Shown: piece by piece, positions 11,781-24,654 of the stretch
Numbering within the stretch: the first letter of the stretch is position 1
How the letters are laid out: each line of letters begins with the position of its first letter
Assembly: GCA_038087875.1 (NCBI GenBank)
Contig: CM075990.1
Location: forward strand, 7,006,001 to 7,070,000
Length of the DNA: 64,000 nt
DNA from: Malacoraja senta
Lineage: Eukaryota
Direction: 5' to 3'
Program-made: the position numbers and the translations under genes
Notes under the pieces: model-generated
Database searches by the model: none
What the model was told of the DNA's origin: nothing
The model's input: only the letters and a program-made list of their open reading frames with translations

Positions 11781-13842
11781 GATACTTATAGATTCCAACC
11801 TCAAGAGCAATCTTAGTACTCATCCATGCCCTTCCTGAGTTTTCCATTTTTATGTCCACTTTCCAGCATTTGCAGGTTTTTCATTTGATCTTAAACACTT
11901 CCCCAAGTCAGAACCAAACAGGTACCAACCCTCGCCTTATGTGTGGACTGAAGGCGTACCGCTATGTTCACCTTATCAATGTCATAAAGATAAGACACTG
12001 ATCAGTGCTCTCTCACATGAGTGGAATGAGCAAAGATCAACAGTGTATTGCAGGTCCACTTCTTTAATATCAGTTCAACACAAGGAACGTCAAAAAGATG
12101 GGGAAATTTAATAAAATGTTGAAAGATATATTTCATAGCTCCCAATTCTACACCATATTGTGAAGGTAAGTCTAACAAAGAGATTAATAGGACGTTTAAA
12201 AAAAATTAACAGATAGCTCTGCTGTTACACATGTTTTCACAATGCAAGATAGACACAAAAAGCTGGAGTAACTCAGCAGGACAGGCAGCATCCCTGGAGA
12301 AAAGGAATGGGTGACGTTTTGGGTCGAGATCCTTCTTCAGACTGTTCCTTCCTACACATTATCACAATGCAAATTGCATATGAACCCGAGACATTGGGTA
12401 TTTTTAAGGCACAGATTGATCGGTTCTTGATCAGGAAGGGCATCAAAGGATGCAGGGAGGGCTGGAGAATGGGGTTGAGAGGAAAAAATAGATCAGCCAT
12501 GATTGAATGGCAGAGTAGAGTCAATGGGCTGAATGGCCTAATTCTGCTCCTACACCTTATGCTCTGATGGTCCTAACACACTGTTTTTCTATGCAAGCCT
12601 AATTGGTTTTATCATGATTTCAATCGGTATTTTAGGTCCACTTGGAAGTTACTTTGAAAATATACAAGCAAAAAAAAAGACTCTCTTAACAAAAAAATGT
12701 CCATGCCGGCTCCATGCAGTAATCATTCTCTTAAGAACAGTTGCTACTTTAAACACAAGTTGTCATTGAAATTGGCTTCTATTAAAACTTGTACAATGAT
12801 ACTCTATTGAACAATGTAACATGCAGCCATTAATATCTTTAGCTTGCAGCTTTAAAAAAAAATCTTGGCGAGAAATAACTTTGTTGCTGCTAGTCTGAAA
12901 CTCCCGAGCCCAGAACCCACTTCTCCCCATTGACTCAACGTAATTTTTTATAACCGGAGGTTTCTTAGGAATGCAACTGTCTCATTATGGCAGAACTACC
13001 TGTATCCCAGTGAATACACCCTGGTGTTCATGATATAACTATAGAAGTACTGCTTGACTGTGACTTTTGATGGGACTAAAATAAATACAATTGACAGTGG
13101 AGCATCTTAAGGTTGTGGAGCATACTTATGGATAAATCATATTAAACAAACACATGGTTAACAGAAATGCATTGGGAAATAAGATGGCATAGCATTTTTT
13201 TTACTGGGTGCATTCGTTCATTTCTAGGACTTGTTCAGAAGGTAACATTTGAGACCGGAATTAACCACTTACATACTCCTTATGCATGCTGCGAGAGTGC
13301 ATGGAGAAGTCCTATAATTCCAGCTCATCGTTTTCTTCCAACGCAACTTGTTGGCAATAACCCGGCTCTATATGGAAACATAATTCCTTTATATGGAGCC
13401 CACAGCATGTGCCCCAAGCCAAACTGTATATGGTCAGGAATATACAGTATTAGATCCAATGTTGATGTTTCAGCCTGACGACATTCTCATGAGAATATGA
13501 TGGCAGGAATGCTGAGGATTTGCTCAAAGCTGGCGGAATCTGTAGGCAGGGTACACGTGTTACCCTGGTTGGCAACGAGCATCTTGACTGAGCCGTAATC
13601 TTCCATTACACTGCCATTATGTAAATGGTGGAAAGGTTTTGATGAGCCACCAACCATGTCGCTCTCCTCTGCCTTTTGAGCCATGATACTTAAGGAAACC
13701 TAGTTATGTTTCTAATCAATAAAGATGCCAGGCTGAACAAATATTCAACACTGTTAATGCCTTCTTATGTCAGTGAATGATGGTTAGACTCTCATGATGG
13801 TAATAGTCAAGCAAAAGTACATAGGTTCTTCATAGGCAAGGG

Positions 13843-15226
13843 AGTAAGGTGACGTGCCTCAATGACTATCGACCAGTGGCACTAACGCCTGTGGTGATGA
13901 AGTGCTTTGAGAGGTTGATCATGGAGCAAATCAACTCCTACCTCGACAAAAACCTGGACCCACTGCAGTTCGCTTACCGCCACAACAGATCAATGGTGGA
14001 TGCGATCTCGCTGGCCCTCCACTCCGCTCTGGACCACTTGGACAACAAAAACTCATATGTCAGGCTGTTATTCATCGATTACAGCTCAGCATTTAACACA
14101 ATCATCCCCTCCAAGCTGGTTACCAAACTCGCAGAACTGGGTCTCTGCGCATCCCTCTGCAATTGGATCCTCGACTTCCTCATTCACAGACCACAGTCTG
14201 TTCGTATTGGTGGAAATGTGTCAGCCTCGATAACAATCAGCACGGGAGCACCTCAAGGCTGCGTGCTCAGCCCCCTGCTGTACTCACTCTATACTCATGA
14301 CTGCGTAGCTGGTCACAGTGCGAACTCCATCATCAAGTTCGCTGACGACACCACTGTTGTGGGACGTATCACTGATGGGGATGAGTCAGAGTATAGAAGA
14401 GAGATCGAGCAACTGTCCATATGGTGCCAGCACAATAACCTGGCCCTCAACACCAGCAAAACCAAGGAACCGATTGTGGACTTTGGAAGGAGTAGGATGG
14501 GGACCCACAGTCCCGTTTATATCAACGGGTCGATGGTTGAAAAGGTCAAGAGCATCAAATTCCTGGGCGTGCACATCTCTGAAGATCTTTCCTGGTCCGA
14601 GAACACTAATGCAATTATCAAGAAAGCACATCAGCGCCTCTACTTCCCGAGAAGATTACGGAGAGTCGGTTTGTCAAAGAGGACTCTCTCTAACTTCTAC
14701 GGGTGCACAGTAGAGAGCATGCTGACCGGTTGCATCGTGGCTTGGTTCGGCAACATGAGCGCCCTGGAGAGGAAAAGACTACAAAAAGTAGTAAACACTG
14801 CCCAGTCCATCATCGGCTCTGACCTCCCTTCCATCGAGGGGATTTATCGCAGTCGCTGCCTCAAAAAGGCTGGCAGTATCATCAACGACCTACACCATCC
14901 TGGCCACACACTCATCTCCCCGCTACCTTCAGGTAGAAGGTACAGGAGCCTGAAGACTGCAACAACCAGGTTCAGGAATAGCTACTTCCCCACAGCCATC
15001 AGGCTATTAAACCTGGCTCGGACAAAATTCTGATCATTAATAATCTGTTATTTGCACTTTATCAGTTTATTTATTCATGTGTGTATATATTTATATAATG
15101 GTATATGGACACACTGATCTGTTTTGTAGTAAATGCCTAGTATGTTCTGTTGTGCTGAAGCAAAGCAAGAATTTCATTGCCCTATCAGGGACACATGACA
15201 ATAAACTCGCTTGAACTTGAACTTGA
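13843..15226 (+). mobile_element. 5'-truncated Rex1/Babar LINE
   Basis: RT ORF plus 3' UTR ending tgacaataaa and (cttgaa)n. Confidence 0.9.
13849..15033 (+). CDS. Rex1/Babar reverse transcriptase (uninterrupted 394-aa C-terminal part)
   Basis: [58 protein letters not shown] motifs. Confidence 0.9.
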   Translation: MTCLNDYRPVALTPVVMKCFERLIMEQINSYLDKNLDPLQFAYRHNRSMVDAISLALHSALDHLDNKNSYVRLLFIDYSSAFNTIIPSKLVTKLAELGLCASLCNWILDFLIHRPQSVRIGGNVSASITISTGAPQGCVLSPLLYSLYTHDCVAGHSANSIIKFADDTTVVGRITDGDESEYRREIEQLSIWCQHNNLALNTSKTKEPIVDFGRSRMGTHSPVYINGSMVEKVKSIKFLGVHISEDLSWSENTNAIIKKAHQRLYFPRRLRRVGLSKRTLSNFYGCTVESMLTGCIVAWFGNMSALERKRLQKVVNTAQSIIGSDLPSIEGIYRSRCLKKAGSIINDLHHPGHTLISPLPSGRRYRSLKTATTRFRNSYFPTAIRLLNLARTKF

Positions 15227-15324
15227 GTGAAAACTTCCTGCAGGTAGACAGGAGTGGAAAGTTGAGGTTACAATCTTATCAGCCATGATCTTATTAAACA
15301 ACAAAGCAGACCCAAGAGACCAAA

Positions 15325-15515
15325 TGTTTAAGAAGGAACTGCAGATGCTGGAATATCGAAGGTAGACAAAAGTGCTGGAGATACTCAGCGGGTGCGGCAG
15401 CATCTATGGAGCGAAGGAAATATGTCTGAAGAAGGGTTTCGGCCCAAAATGTTGCCTATTTCCTTCGCTCATAGATGCTGCTGCACCCGCTGAGTTTCTC
15501 CAGCACTTTTGTCTA
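15325..15515. mobile_element. Penelope-derived fold-back mini-element with 13-bp TSD
   Basis: ccaagagaccaaa at 15312-15324 and 15516-15528. Confidence 0.8.
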
Positions 15516-15723
15516 CCAAGAGACCAAACAGTCATTTCCAGTTCCCAAGCCCTATGGTCACGTTCATATTCATTACTTGGTACTTAGCAACCCCCATCCA
15601 AATGTTTTCCAGGTATTTATGTGGACATGAAATGTTTTAACTTCTATTTTAAAGAGTTCCAGGGGGAATTCCCGGTGACTGATGTTGGTACCCTATTGTA
15701 ACCACAAATACTCCTCTGAGTCT

Positions 15724-16090
15724 CAGTCTGAAGAAGGGTCTCAACCGGAAACATCACCCATTCCTTCTCTCCAGAGATGCTGCCTGACCTGCTGAGTTAC
15801 TCCAGCACTTTGTGTCTATCTTCAGTCTGAAGAAGGGTCTCGACCGGAATTGTCACTCATTCCTTCTCTCCAGAGATGCTGTCTGACCCGTTGAGTTACT
15901 CAAGCACTTTGTGTCTATCTTCAGTCTGAAGAAGGGTCTCGACCCAAAACGTCACCCATTCCTTCTCTCCAGAGATGCTGCCTGACTCGCTGAGTTACTC
16001 CAGCACTTTTTGTCTATCTTCAGTCTGAAGAAGGGTATCGACCCGAAACATCACCCATTCCTTCTCTCCAGAGATGCTGCCTGTCCCGCT
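15724..16090 (+). repeat. Head-to-tail array of a 99-bp hammerhead-motif unit (3.7 copies)
   Basis: cagtctgaagaaggg starts at 15724, 15823, 15922 and 16021. Confidence 0.9.
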
Positions 16091-16540
16091 CCATTTCATC
16101 AAATTATTTAAAAATAGATCCCTCCCCCTCAATATTTGATATCAAAATATACTCATACAGAAAATGTAAGTGGATGTCGAAAAGTGTCTGCTGTGAAATG
16201 CATTATCAGAGAATAAATAAAATGCATTTCCCCGTAGACATAATTTTGCATTATTGAGCATAAAACAGTTCCCTGTGAAGCTTGGTCAACTTTTTAAAGA
16301 AATTGTAGACACAAGGAACTGTAGATCCTGCAATTTTGAGCAAAACACAAAGTGCTGGCAGAACTCAGGGAGTCAGGCAGCATCCGTGGAGGGAATGGTT
16401 AGATGACGTTTCAGGTCAGGACCCTTCCTCAGACTCAGATGCGTCCTGACCATAATGTTACCCATCCATTCCCTCCCCATATATGCAGCCTGATCCACTG
16501 AGTTCCTCCAGCATTTTGTGTTTTTATCTTAAGAACCTGT

Positions 16541-17013
16541 AGAAGAGATAAGACTCCTCCTAGCAGGTAAACCAGATCACTTCCACCTGACGTGGTCTGC
16601 ATTTATACAATTATTACAAATATAGGGTGCAAAGGTACCTTTAAAAAAAAAATTGAGGTCAGGTAAGGGGGGATGATAGTTGAAGAGTTGGTATGTCCCA
16701 TTTGCGTAATGCTCATAAAAATATTTGTTTCTCTCTTTTTCCTCTTTCTCTTTCTCTTTCTTTTCTAGGGTCTATTTCTTAATTCTTTTTCTTTTGTTTT
16801 TAATTTTGCTCTTATAGGGTCTTCGTCCTTTTTTGTTGTCACATTTTCTACACTCTCACTTTTTCCTTCACTTTCTTCTTTCTTTCAATCTTTTCCTTTT
16901 CTAGTGTAAAAAATAAACGGAGTACATTAATTGTAAGAAGACATAAGTGCCGAGTACTAATGTATGTGGTTGTAATGTAATGTACTTCTAATAAATAAAA
17001 AAAATTTAAAAAA
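16541..17013 (+). mobile_element. 5'-truncated L1-like element (ORF2 end, 3' UTR, poly(A))
   Basis: 15-bp TSD atcttaagaacctgt at 16526-16540 and 17014-17028; encodes LLLAGKPDHFHLTWSAFIQ. Confidence 0.8.
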
Positions 17014-17778
17014 ATCTTAAGAACCTGTTTTAGACTTACAATGGGTGAGTGATGAAATGGCCACTGCATACAAGGCTTATTCTCATCCAGCCTATTGTCC
17101 CTATACTGTCCCTGGCAATCCAATGGATGTCAGTGAGTCTGGCTAGATAGCATTCTAGATAGCAGTCTGAAGAAAGGTCTCAACCCGAAACGTCACCCGT
17201 TCCTTCTATCCAGAAATGCTGCCTGTCCCACTGAGATACTCCAGCATTTTGTGTCTATCTTCGGTGTAAATCAGCATCTGCAGTTCCTTCCTGTACACTT
17301 AGCATTTTCAGTAACCTGGGCAACGGCATTGTTAGCTATAACTTTTTCCACAGCAGATGAGTGAGAATTCATCAATACTTCAAACTGGGCTGACATATTT
17401 GCTGTGTATTTGCTGTGATATTTTGTCCATATTTATGCATGCATGTGGGAGAGTGGGAGTAGAAAGTGATCATTTAGCGCAGTCAAATAAAAGATCACTT
17501 GAGCAAGATTACTGCCGGGCGGTCAGTGTTGTGCAATTACATCCTCACACATCGGAGCCTTGCTGGCTAGAGCAAGGTTGTCTCATGTGGAGCTTGAATA
17601 CAAGAGAGTTGTAAATTGGGGGGAATTGTAAATTGTAAATTGTAATTACAAGAGAGTTGTAAATTGGGTAAATTGGCACCTACAAGATCAGCAAATGCTT
17701 TAACCAAATGGTAGTAGAGAAACCAAATGAAATTGTGTGGAGCCGCACTCTTTCTCCTACGCCAATACTCTTGCTCAA

Positions 17779-18078
17779 CGGCGGCAGAGTGGTGCAGCTG
17801 GTAGAACTGCTGCCTCACAGTGCCAGAGACCCAAGTTCGATCCTCGCCTAGGGTGCTGTCTGTGTGGTGTTTGCATGTTCTTTCTGTGACTGCGTGGGTT
17901 TCCTCCCACATCCCTATGACATACTTTAGTGTGGACTAATTGGACTCTGTAAATTTGCCCCTAGTGTGTAGGGAGTGGACGAGAAGGTGGGATGACATAG
18001 AACTAGTGTGAATAGGTGATCGATGGTCAGTATGGATTTGGTGGGCCCAAGGGCCTATTTCCATGTTGTATCTCTCTC
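17779..18078 (+). mobile_element. HE1-type V-SINE (diverged)
   Basis: A/B boxes, core and tail. Confidence 0.8.
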
Positions 18079-18122
18079 TAAGAACAGGTCCATCCCAGTG
18101 TGGGCCCAGCCACTTATAATGA

Positions 18123-18520
18123 TCACCTCATATTTTGCTTGGGCAGGTTACCACCCAGTGGCATGAATAGTGATTTCTCTAACTTCAAGTAACATTTGCA
18201 TCTCCTCACTTTCCATCCCTCCCCCACCTTAATCGTCCTGCTAGTTTCACTGTCGTCCTGCTGAGTTTCACTGTTGGTATCACTCATCATCACCTTCCCC
18301 ACAGCCAACAATGGACCATTGTGGGCTCCATCTTTCCTTGATCGTTGTTGCTTTTTGCATATCTTTCATTCATTTGTTCTATGTACTTTTATATCTCTCG
18401 TTTACCTCTCCCCTGACTCTCAGTCTGAAGAATGGTCTCGACCCAAAACGTCATCTATTCCTTTTCCCCTGCGATGCTGCCTGACCCGCTGCGTTACTCC
18501 AGCATTTTGTGTCTTTCTTC
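18123..18520 (+). mobile_element. Penelope-like element 3' fragment
   Basis: HLIFCLGRLPPSGMNSDFSNFK* followed by pLTR with ctgaagaa...acccaaaacgtc. Confidence 0.8.
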
Positions 18521-19009
18521 GCTTATGATGATTTGCAGTGGTGCCTCGATCAGTTTTGCCCCATTCCCTGGTTGCCTCCTTTGGAATCTCGCTCTGATCC
18601 ATGCGTTTGAACCAGCAACAAAAGCCGCATTCCTGGTAGGCTTTCCAATCCAGTTAGATTCCAATTCCGTTCAAGGGTCACTCCAGCGTTAGACTTCAAC
18701 AATGCTGTCTTCAGATAGATTTTTGTTTAGTGCAGGTGTCAGATGTTATGGGGCGAAGGCAGGAGAATGGGGCTAGGAGGGTGATAGATCAGCTATGATT
18801 GAATGGCAGAGTAGACGTGATGGGCCGAATGATACTCCTATCACAAATGACCTTATAACCTCTGTGCCACTGGAGCCACGCTCCATCGAGGCAATGTTTC
18901 ACTTCCCCTGATCTGTGGAATTCTCTGCCTGGAGGCAGGTTCTCTGGATGCTTTCAAGAGAGAGCTAGATAGGGCTCTTAAAAATAGCGGAGTCAGGGAT
19001 AATAGCGGA

Positions 19010-19216
19010 GCAGAGGGAGAACAAGGAGGGAAGAGACGGAGACTAAGACTTTGCCTCCATCACAGTGAGGGTGTGCTTGGTGAACTCACTGTGGTGGATG
19101 TTTAATTTGTGTTTATTGTATGTTTTGTTATTATTGGTTCTGTGTATGACTGCAGGCAACATAATTTCGTTCAGACCGAAAGGTCTGAATGACAATAAAG
19201 GAATCTATCTATCTAT
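19010..19216 (+). mobile_element. Short Rex1-tail non-autonomous element nested in a CR1 tail
   Basis: ttcagaccgaaaggtctgaa hairpin, tgacaataaa, (tcta)n; interrupts CR1 tail 18905-19330. Confidence 0.6.
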
Positions 19217-19699
19217 ATGGGGAGAAGGCAGGAACGGGGTGCTGATTGGGGATGATCAGCCATGATCACATTGAATGGTGGTGCTGGCTCGAAGGGCCAA
19301 ATGGCCTATTCCTGCACCTATTGTCTATTGTCTATTATCTCCATGGAAATGAACGCTGGGATAATGAAAGTGCTGCCGGCAGTCAGAGTCCGAACACAAC
19401 GACACACAAGCGCACACCTCCCAAAGTGCTACCACCACTTCTCATCAGCAAGGTCAACAACTTTCCTTACTTCAACCACCAAAGACCACGCATGCATACG
19501 ACCTAGTTCTATAACTATCCGCGTTCTTTCTGGTAGTTTGTGCGTTTCTGGAAGGATGCTATAAAAAATAATCTGCCTTGCTCAACACAAAGTTACCCGG
19601 TGGTTAACAACGGCCGGCATTGTCCGTTTTAAATCACACTGTGCCTGGGATTCTTGCTCCCGCTGGCTTCACTAGATCTTTCTTATCACAAGTTCGTGC

Positions 19700-20290
19700 A
19701 GCAAATTGCCTCAAATGTCGCCGCGCAAAGGGAGAGGGGGCACAATGTTAGCTAGGACTAGGGGGCAAGGAAGAGTGGGGGAAGTCTTACTTGTGTTTCC
19801 AGTACTCTTGGGGCAAAGTCCAGGGGTTGAAGGCGGCCAGGTCCAGGCGCCGGTCACGGCTGACCGCTCCTTGCGTCCAGAGCTGGCCACCGGGTGAAAT
19901 TCCAACGCTGCGGTTTCATCCTGAGCTCCGGGTCGTGTCCGATCCCCACGCAATTCCCTCCCTTCCTGCCGAGGGGTAACGGCGCGGCGGTCCAAGTTAG
20001 ACTCGCCCTTCAGTCAGTCAGTGCGGTCCTATCTGGAGAACGTCCAGCAATTCCGTGGCTGCGGTCGGTGGAGCAGTTCTCCTCCTCCTCCTCCTCCTCC
20101 TCCTCCTCCTCGCCCCGAGAGATGCAGCCAGGTCCGGCACCGCGAATGAACCCAGCGAAGGAGGGGCCAGAAACCTAGGAGATGCAATGCTAAGTTGGCC
20201 TGAAGTGCCAAATGGGTGTGTGGAGAGGCTGGGCGGAGCTAGCCGGCCGACCTGGCAGGGGGGTCAAAAGAGAAGTTGTCAAACTCACCA
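19700..20290. promoter_or_regulatory. CpG-rich island with (CTC)n tract and candidate minus-strand exons
   Basis: High GC/CpG, no repeat similarity seen; minus-strand donors at 20288 (GTGAGT) and 19790 (GTAAGA), acceptor catctcctag at 20175. Confidence 0.45.
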
Positions 20291-20298
20291 AGACTCTA

Positions 20299-20491
20299 AG
20301 GTAGCCATAAAATGCTGGAGAAACTCAGCGGGGGCAGCAGCATCTATGGAGCGAAGGAAATAGGCAACGTTTCGGGCACGAAACGTTGCCTATTTCCTTC
20401 GCTCCATAGATGCTGCCTCAACCGCTGAGTTTCTCCGGCATTTTTGGCTACCTTCGATTTTCCAGCATCTGCAGTTCCTTCTTAAACATCT
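20299..20491. mobile_element. Penelope-derived fold-back mini-element with 11-bp TSD
   Basis: ccaagactcta at 20288-20298 and 20492-20502; near-perfect inverted arms. Confidence 0.8.
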
Positions 20492-21159
20492 CCAAGACTC
20501 TAGTTAGAGACAGGGCTTTTACCCGGGCAGGCGGCGAGGCAGAACAGAAAACATTCAATGCCTCAACGCCCCAGTCTCACTGGAGGCAGCTGAACCGAGA
20601 CCGCACAGGAGACAATTCGGCCCATCAGCCTCATATCGGTTCTTCAAGTGGAACCCCTTCGGTCCAGTCTGAAGAAGGGTCTCGACCCGAAACGTCACCT
20701 ATTCCTTTTCTCCAGAGATGCTGCCTGACCCGCTGAGTTATTCCTGCTTTTGTGTGTCTTCCTTCTCTTCATCTTCCCCTTCCACGTCTACTCATCTTCC
20801 TGCTCCCTTTCTTCTCCCCCCCGGCTACTCATTTTCTCCTCCCCCCCCTCCATCCCTCCAACCATGCTTCCTTCTCCGCTTCCCCTCCTCCTCCTCCTCC
20901 TCCTCCCCTTCCTCCCCCATCGCCCAACCTCCTTCCCCTCCTCCTGACTCCTCCACTGTAACTTGCAACATTCTCTCTCACATGCCCATCTTTAACTCAC
21001 TTTCCGCTCTCTTTAATTTGGTTTGGTTTGTTATCGCCGCGTGGACCGAGGTCCAGTGAAAAGCTTTTTAGCACCGTTTTCAAGTCCCAGTTGTTGTAAG
21101 TGCAGGGGTCTTGATCTGACCATGAAGGTCTGTTGTCCTCTGAACTCTGAACTATAACA

Positions 21160-21334
21160 GCCTATTGCACTTTATCTATTTATATATGTGTATACATATA
21201 TGTGGTCTATGGTATATAGACACACTGATCTGTTCTGTATTTATGCCTACAATATTCTGTTGTGCTGCAGCAAGCAAGAATTTCATTGTTGTATCTGGGA
21301 CACATGACAATAAAGTCTCTTGACTTGACTTGAC
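21160..21334 (+). mobile_element. Rex1 3' UTR fragment
   Basis: Matches 15045-15226; tgacaataaa plus (cttga)n. Confidence 0.75.
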
Positions 21335-21764
21335 TCCTGGCGGGGTTGCAGGGTTGGCCTGGCTAAGTTCTCCTAGTTGTGCCACAGTGCCGCCATTTAC
21401 CTTGCTTTAACTCGACATCACTGAGATCAATTTACCACCAGGCTGAATGAGTCAATTGAGAAAACAAGAGGTTCACTGTTCCCTTGCAAACAATTCTATG
21501 TCATTGGTTCCCACATCTCATTTGAGAACTCTGTGGAATAAATTTAGAAGACGGTTGAGGTTTCAATGAAAATCTGTTTGTGCAAATATCATTCGAGATT
21601 TCTGAGCATATGTATACAAACTGAGTTGTAAAATGGAGCAATAATCGAGATACACTCCAGAGGCCTCGAGGAGAAGCAGCTGGTTTTAATTCAGATAATG
21701 ATAACTAATCAACTTTGACTGTAACTAACCAACAACTAACAATCCACCTGGCACGGTAGATATT

Positions 21765-22072
21765 CACTTACTTTAGTTTACTTTACTTCAGAGATAGAGC
21801 ATGGAAACTGGCCCTTCAGCCCACCGAGTCCGTGCCGACCAGCGATCACCCCAGGCACGAGCACTATCCTGCACACTGGGGACAATTTGTAATAAACAGA
21901 AGTCAATTAACCTACAAACGTCTTCGTCTTTGGATTGTGGGGGGAAGCCAGAGCACCCAGAGAAAAACCCACGCAGGTCACAGGGAGAGCATACAAACTC
22001 CATACAGACAGCACCCATGGTCAGGATCGAACCCGGGTCTTTGGCGCTGTAAGGCAGCAACTCTACCGCTGC
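21765..22072 (-). mobile_element. HE1-type V-SINE
   Basis: Conserved core, B box and tail. Confidence 0.85.
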
Positions 22073-22354
22073 ATATCCTTCTTAGGATCTCTTTGGACAC
22101 GTTTAAGGGGCATCCAGCAGAGATAGATGACAATAAGGGTGGCGCGAGCAGAATGCTGAGAACACACAAGGACTGATCCTTCGGGTGCTTCACCACTTTT
22201 CTGTCTGAAAAGGATCCATTTATTCAAACTCTTTGCTTTCTACGTGACAGTCAGTTGTCAATCCACTAGTAAATCACCTTCAATAAACTGAGGAGATTAT
22301 TATATTTATCATCATGCTTCAATTGGGTTGGATATGGAAAAAAATGTAATTCAA

Positions 22355-22600
22355 GAGGACACAAAATGCTAGAGTAACTCAGCGGGTCAGGCAGCATCTC
22401 TGGAGAACATGGATAAGTGACATTTCGGGTCGAGACCCTTCTTCAGAAGAAAGAAGGAAGATGTTTCTTCCGAAGAAGGGTCTCAACCCAAAACGTCACC
22501 TATCCATGTTTTCCAGAGATGCTGCCTGACCCGCTGAGTTACTCCAGCACTTTGTGTCCTTTTGTGTATTAACCAAAATCTGCAGTTCCTTGTTTCTAAA
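22355..22600. mobile_element. Penelope-derived fold-back mini-element
   Basis: Inverted ~90-bp arms around a short spacer. Confidence 0.75.
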
Positions 22601-24126
22601 TATTATAACTCTTTGAGTTGAGATTATGGCTATGGTTGGCGAGATCAGGTTTCAATATTATACCTAAGAAGACCACCAAAGTGTTAGCCAGCTATTCGAT
22701 TGATAGACCAACCTTGTATCTTCAAAGGGCACGATAATATTTCACATGAATAAAGTTTAAATCAGCTGGATATGGAAATAATGCAAGGTGTCAAAATAGT
22801 TTGAACTTCCTGTAAAGAAATTTGGTCACATGGCATAAACAGAAACAACTGGTCAAAGTCCATTCAATGCTCAAATATAGACACAAAATGCTGGAGTAAC
22901 TCAGCAGGACAAGCAGCATCTCTGGAGAGAAGGGATAGGTTTCGGGTCAAGACCCTTCTTCAGACTGTGGTTTAAACCAGCATCTGCACTTCCTTCCTTC
23001 CAACACAATGCTCAAATACTCCATCGTCTCCATAATTATACCAATCTCATCCACAGCATTTCCACCAGGGGGTAACGTACATAGATATCATGCAGGCAAA
23101 CATCATCATTTTATCAAACTAAAGCAATCTGATTTAATTTTAATTAGAAGTCAATCCCACGAATGGAGATTGCTTATATTTATTTGCCTCCTGTAAATTA
23201 TTCCACAATTGTTTGTAATCTGGGACACAAAACGTGAATGGATAATAGAAACAAGTTTAATAATAATAAATTTCAAAAAGGATCTGAATACATGTGTGAA
23301 TGTTTTTAGGGCTGGAGCAAAAGAAGAGGAGCAGGGTGAACTGGAGAACTCTAACAAAGTGCTGACACAGCACAAAATGACAAATGGCCTCCTCTTCCAC
23401 AGTGTCAATGGCTGAATGGCTGATTATAATGCCCCATTAGACACTTTGGATCGGGTGAATTCACTGCAATCCTTTTATCCTTAAGAATTCCACTTCCATT
23501 CCGGCATTGGACTCAATGGAAAAATTCATTAAAACATTTTCATTTGGATACTAGTAATGAAATTAATGAATAATTAAACTGAAGGAGTTCTTCAGTAGTT
23601 TCCACAGAAAGACTGTGAAACGAGTGATACGCTTTTCTGAAGCTCGTCGGAAAAGCATCGTACTTTTAAGATCATTTTAGCTGCCCTCAAGACAGTACTG
23701 AAGAACCTCTTGGTGGATTAGGGAATCAATAGCTGAACATTGTGACTCCAGCTCTGTTCAGGTAGATTATGGCAGGAAATACGACCGAGTCATTTGCTTT
23801 TGTTACCAAACCATTGGCTGACTTTGAAGGTTAAAATGCAATCGTGAAAAAGTTCAATGGGCGATATTAGAGATTGGGCAAAGTTCAGCAGTCAGTTCTT
23901 GGTGCAGGTTTGCAGCTAGATTCCTTTGTACTTATCAGATATCTTTTCTTAATTAATCATTTACTAAATTATGTATTTTTCAACAGTTGCTGGCAGTAGA
24001 GTGAGAAGGGTAACAATATTAATGACTGGACTGCCAAGAATATCATGTCAAATAACAAGGTTCCTTGAAGTGGGCAGCAGAGTGACACTGACTGACAACC
24101 CCAAAGACCCGGGTTCGTTCCCGACA

Positions 24127-24297
24127 NNNNNNNNNNNNNNNNNNNNNNNNNNNNNNNNNNNNNNNNNNNNNNNNNNNNNNNNNNNNNNNNNNNNNNNNNN
24201 NNNNNNNNNNNNNNNNNNNNNNNNNNNNNNNNNNNNNNNNNNNNNNNNNNNNNNNNNNNNNNNNNNNNNNNNNNNNNNNNNNNNNNNNNNNNNNNNN
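24127..24297. other. Assembly gap (171 N) inside a V-SINE copy (~24064-24500)
   Basis: Run of N flanked by SINE head and core. Confidence 1.
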
Positions 24298-24654
24298 TTT
24301 TGCACATTCTCCCTGTGATTGCGTGGATTTTCCTGGGAGCTCCAGTTCCCTCCCAACGTGCGGGTCGGTGGGTAAATCGGCCACTGTGTGGGCGAGGCGT
24401 AGAACCCATGGGGACTGGATGGGAATGGGGGGGGGGGTGGAGAATGAAACAGGAGGAATGTAAAAGGGTGGTCGGCACGGATTCAGCGGGCCGAAGGGTC
24501 CAAAAGAAATGGTGACAAGCTCAATGTTACTATAGCAACAAGTGAACGATGTCAGCCAAGATGCCAAGGAATGTGAGTTTTTCAATGAAGTGATGTTTTG
24601 GCATTATTTTCACATATCATTTTTTTTGATGGAAGTGATCAATTCTAGGATTCC

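Noticed and set aside
15724-16090. CRISPR-like array
   Set aside because: Units repeat in full with no unique spacers, and the context is eukaryotic
20055-20363. ORF with a signal-peptide-like poly-Leu stretch
   Set aside because: Starts at GTG with an in-frame stop at 19998 and no ATG before the Leu run; the run is a (CTC)n microsatellite and the ORF runs into a repeat
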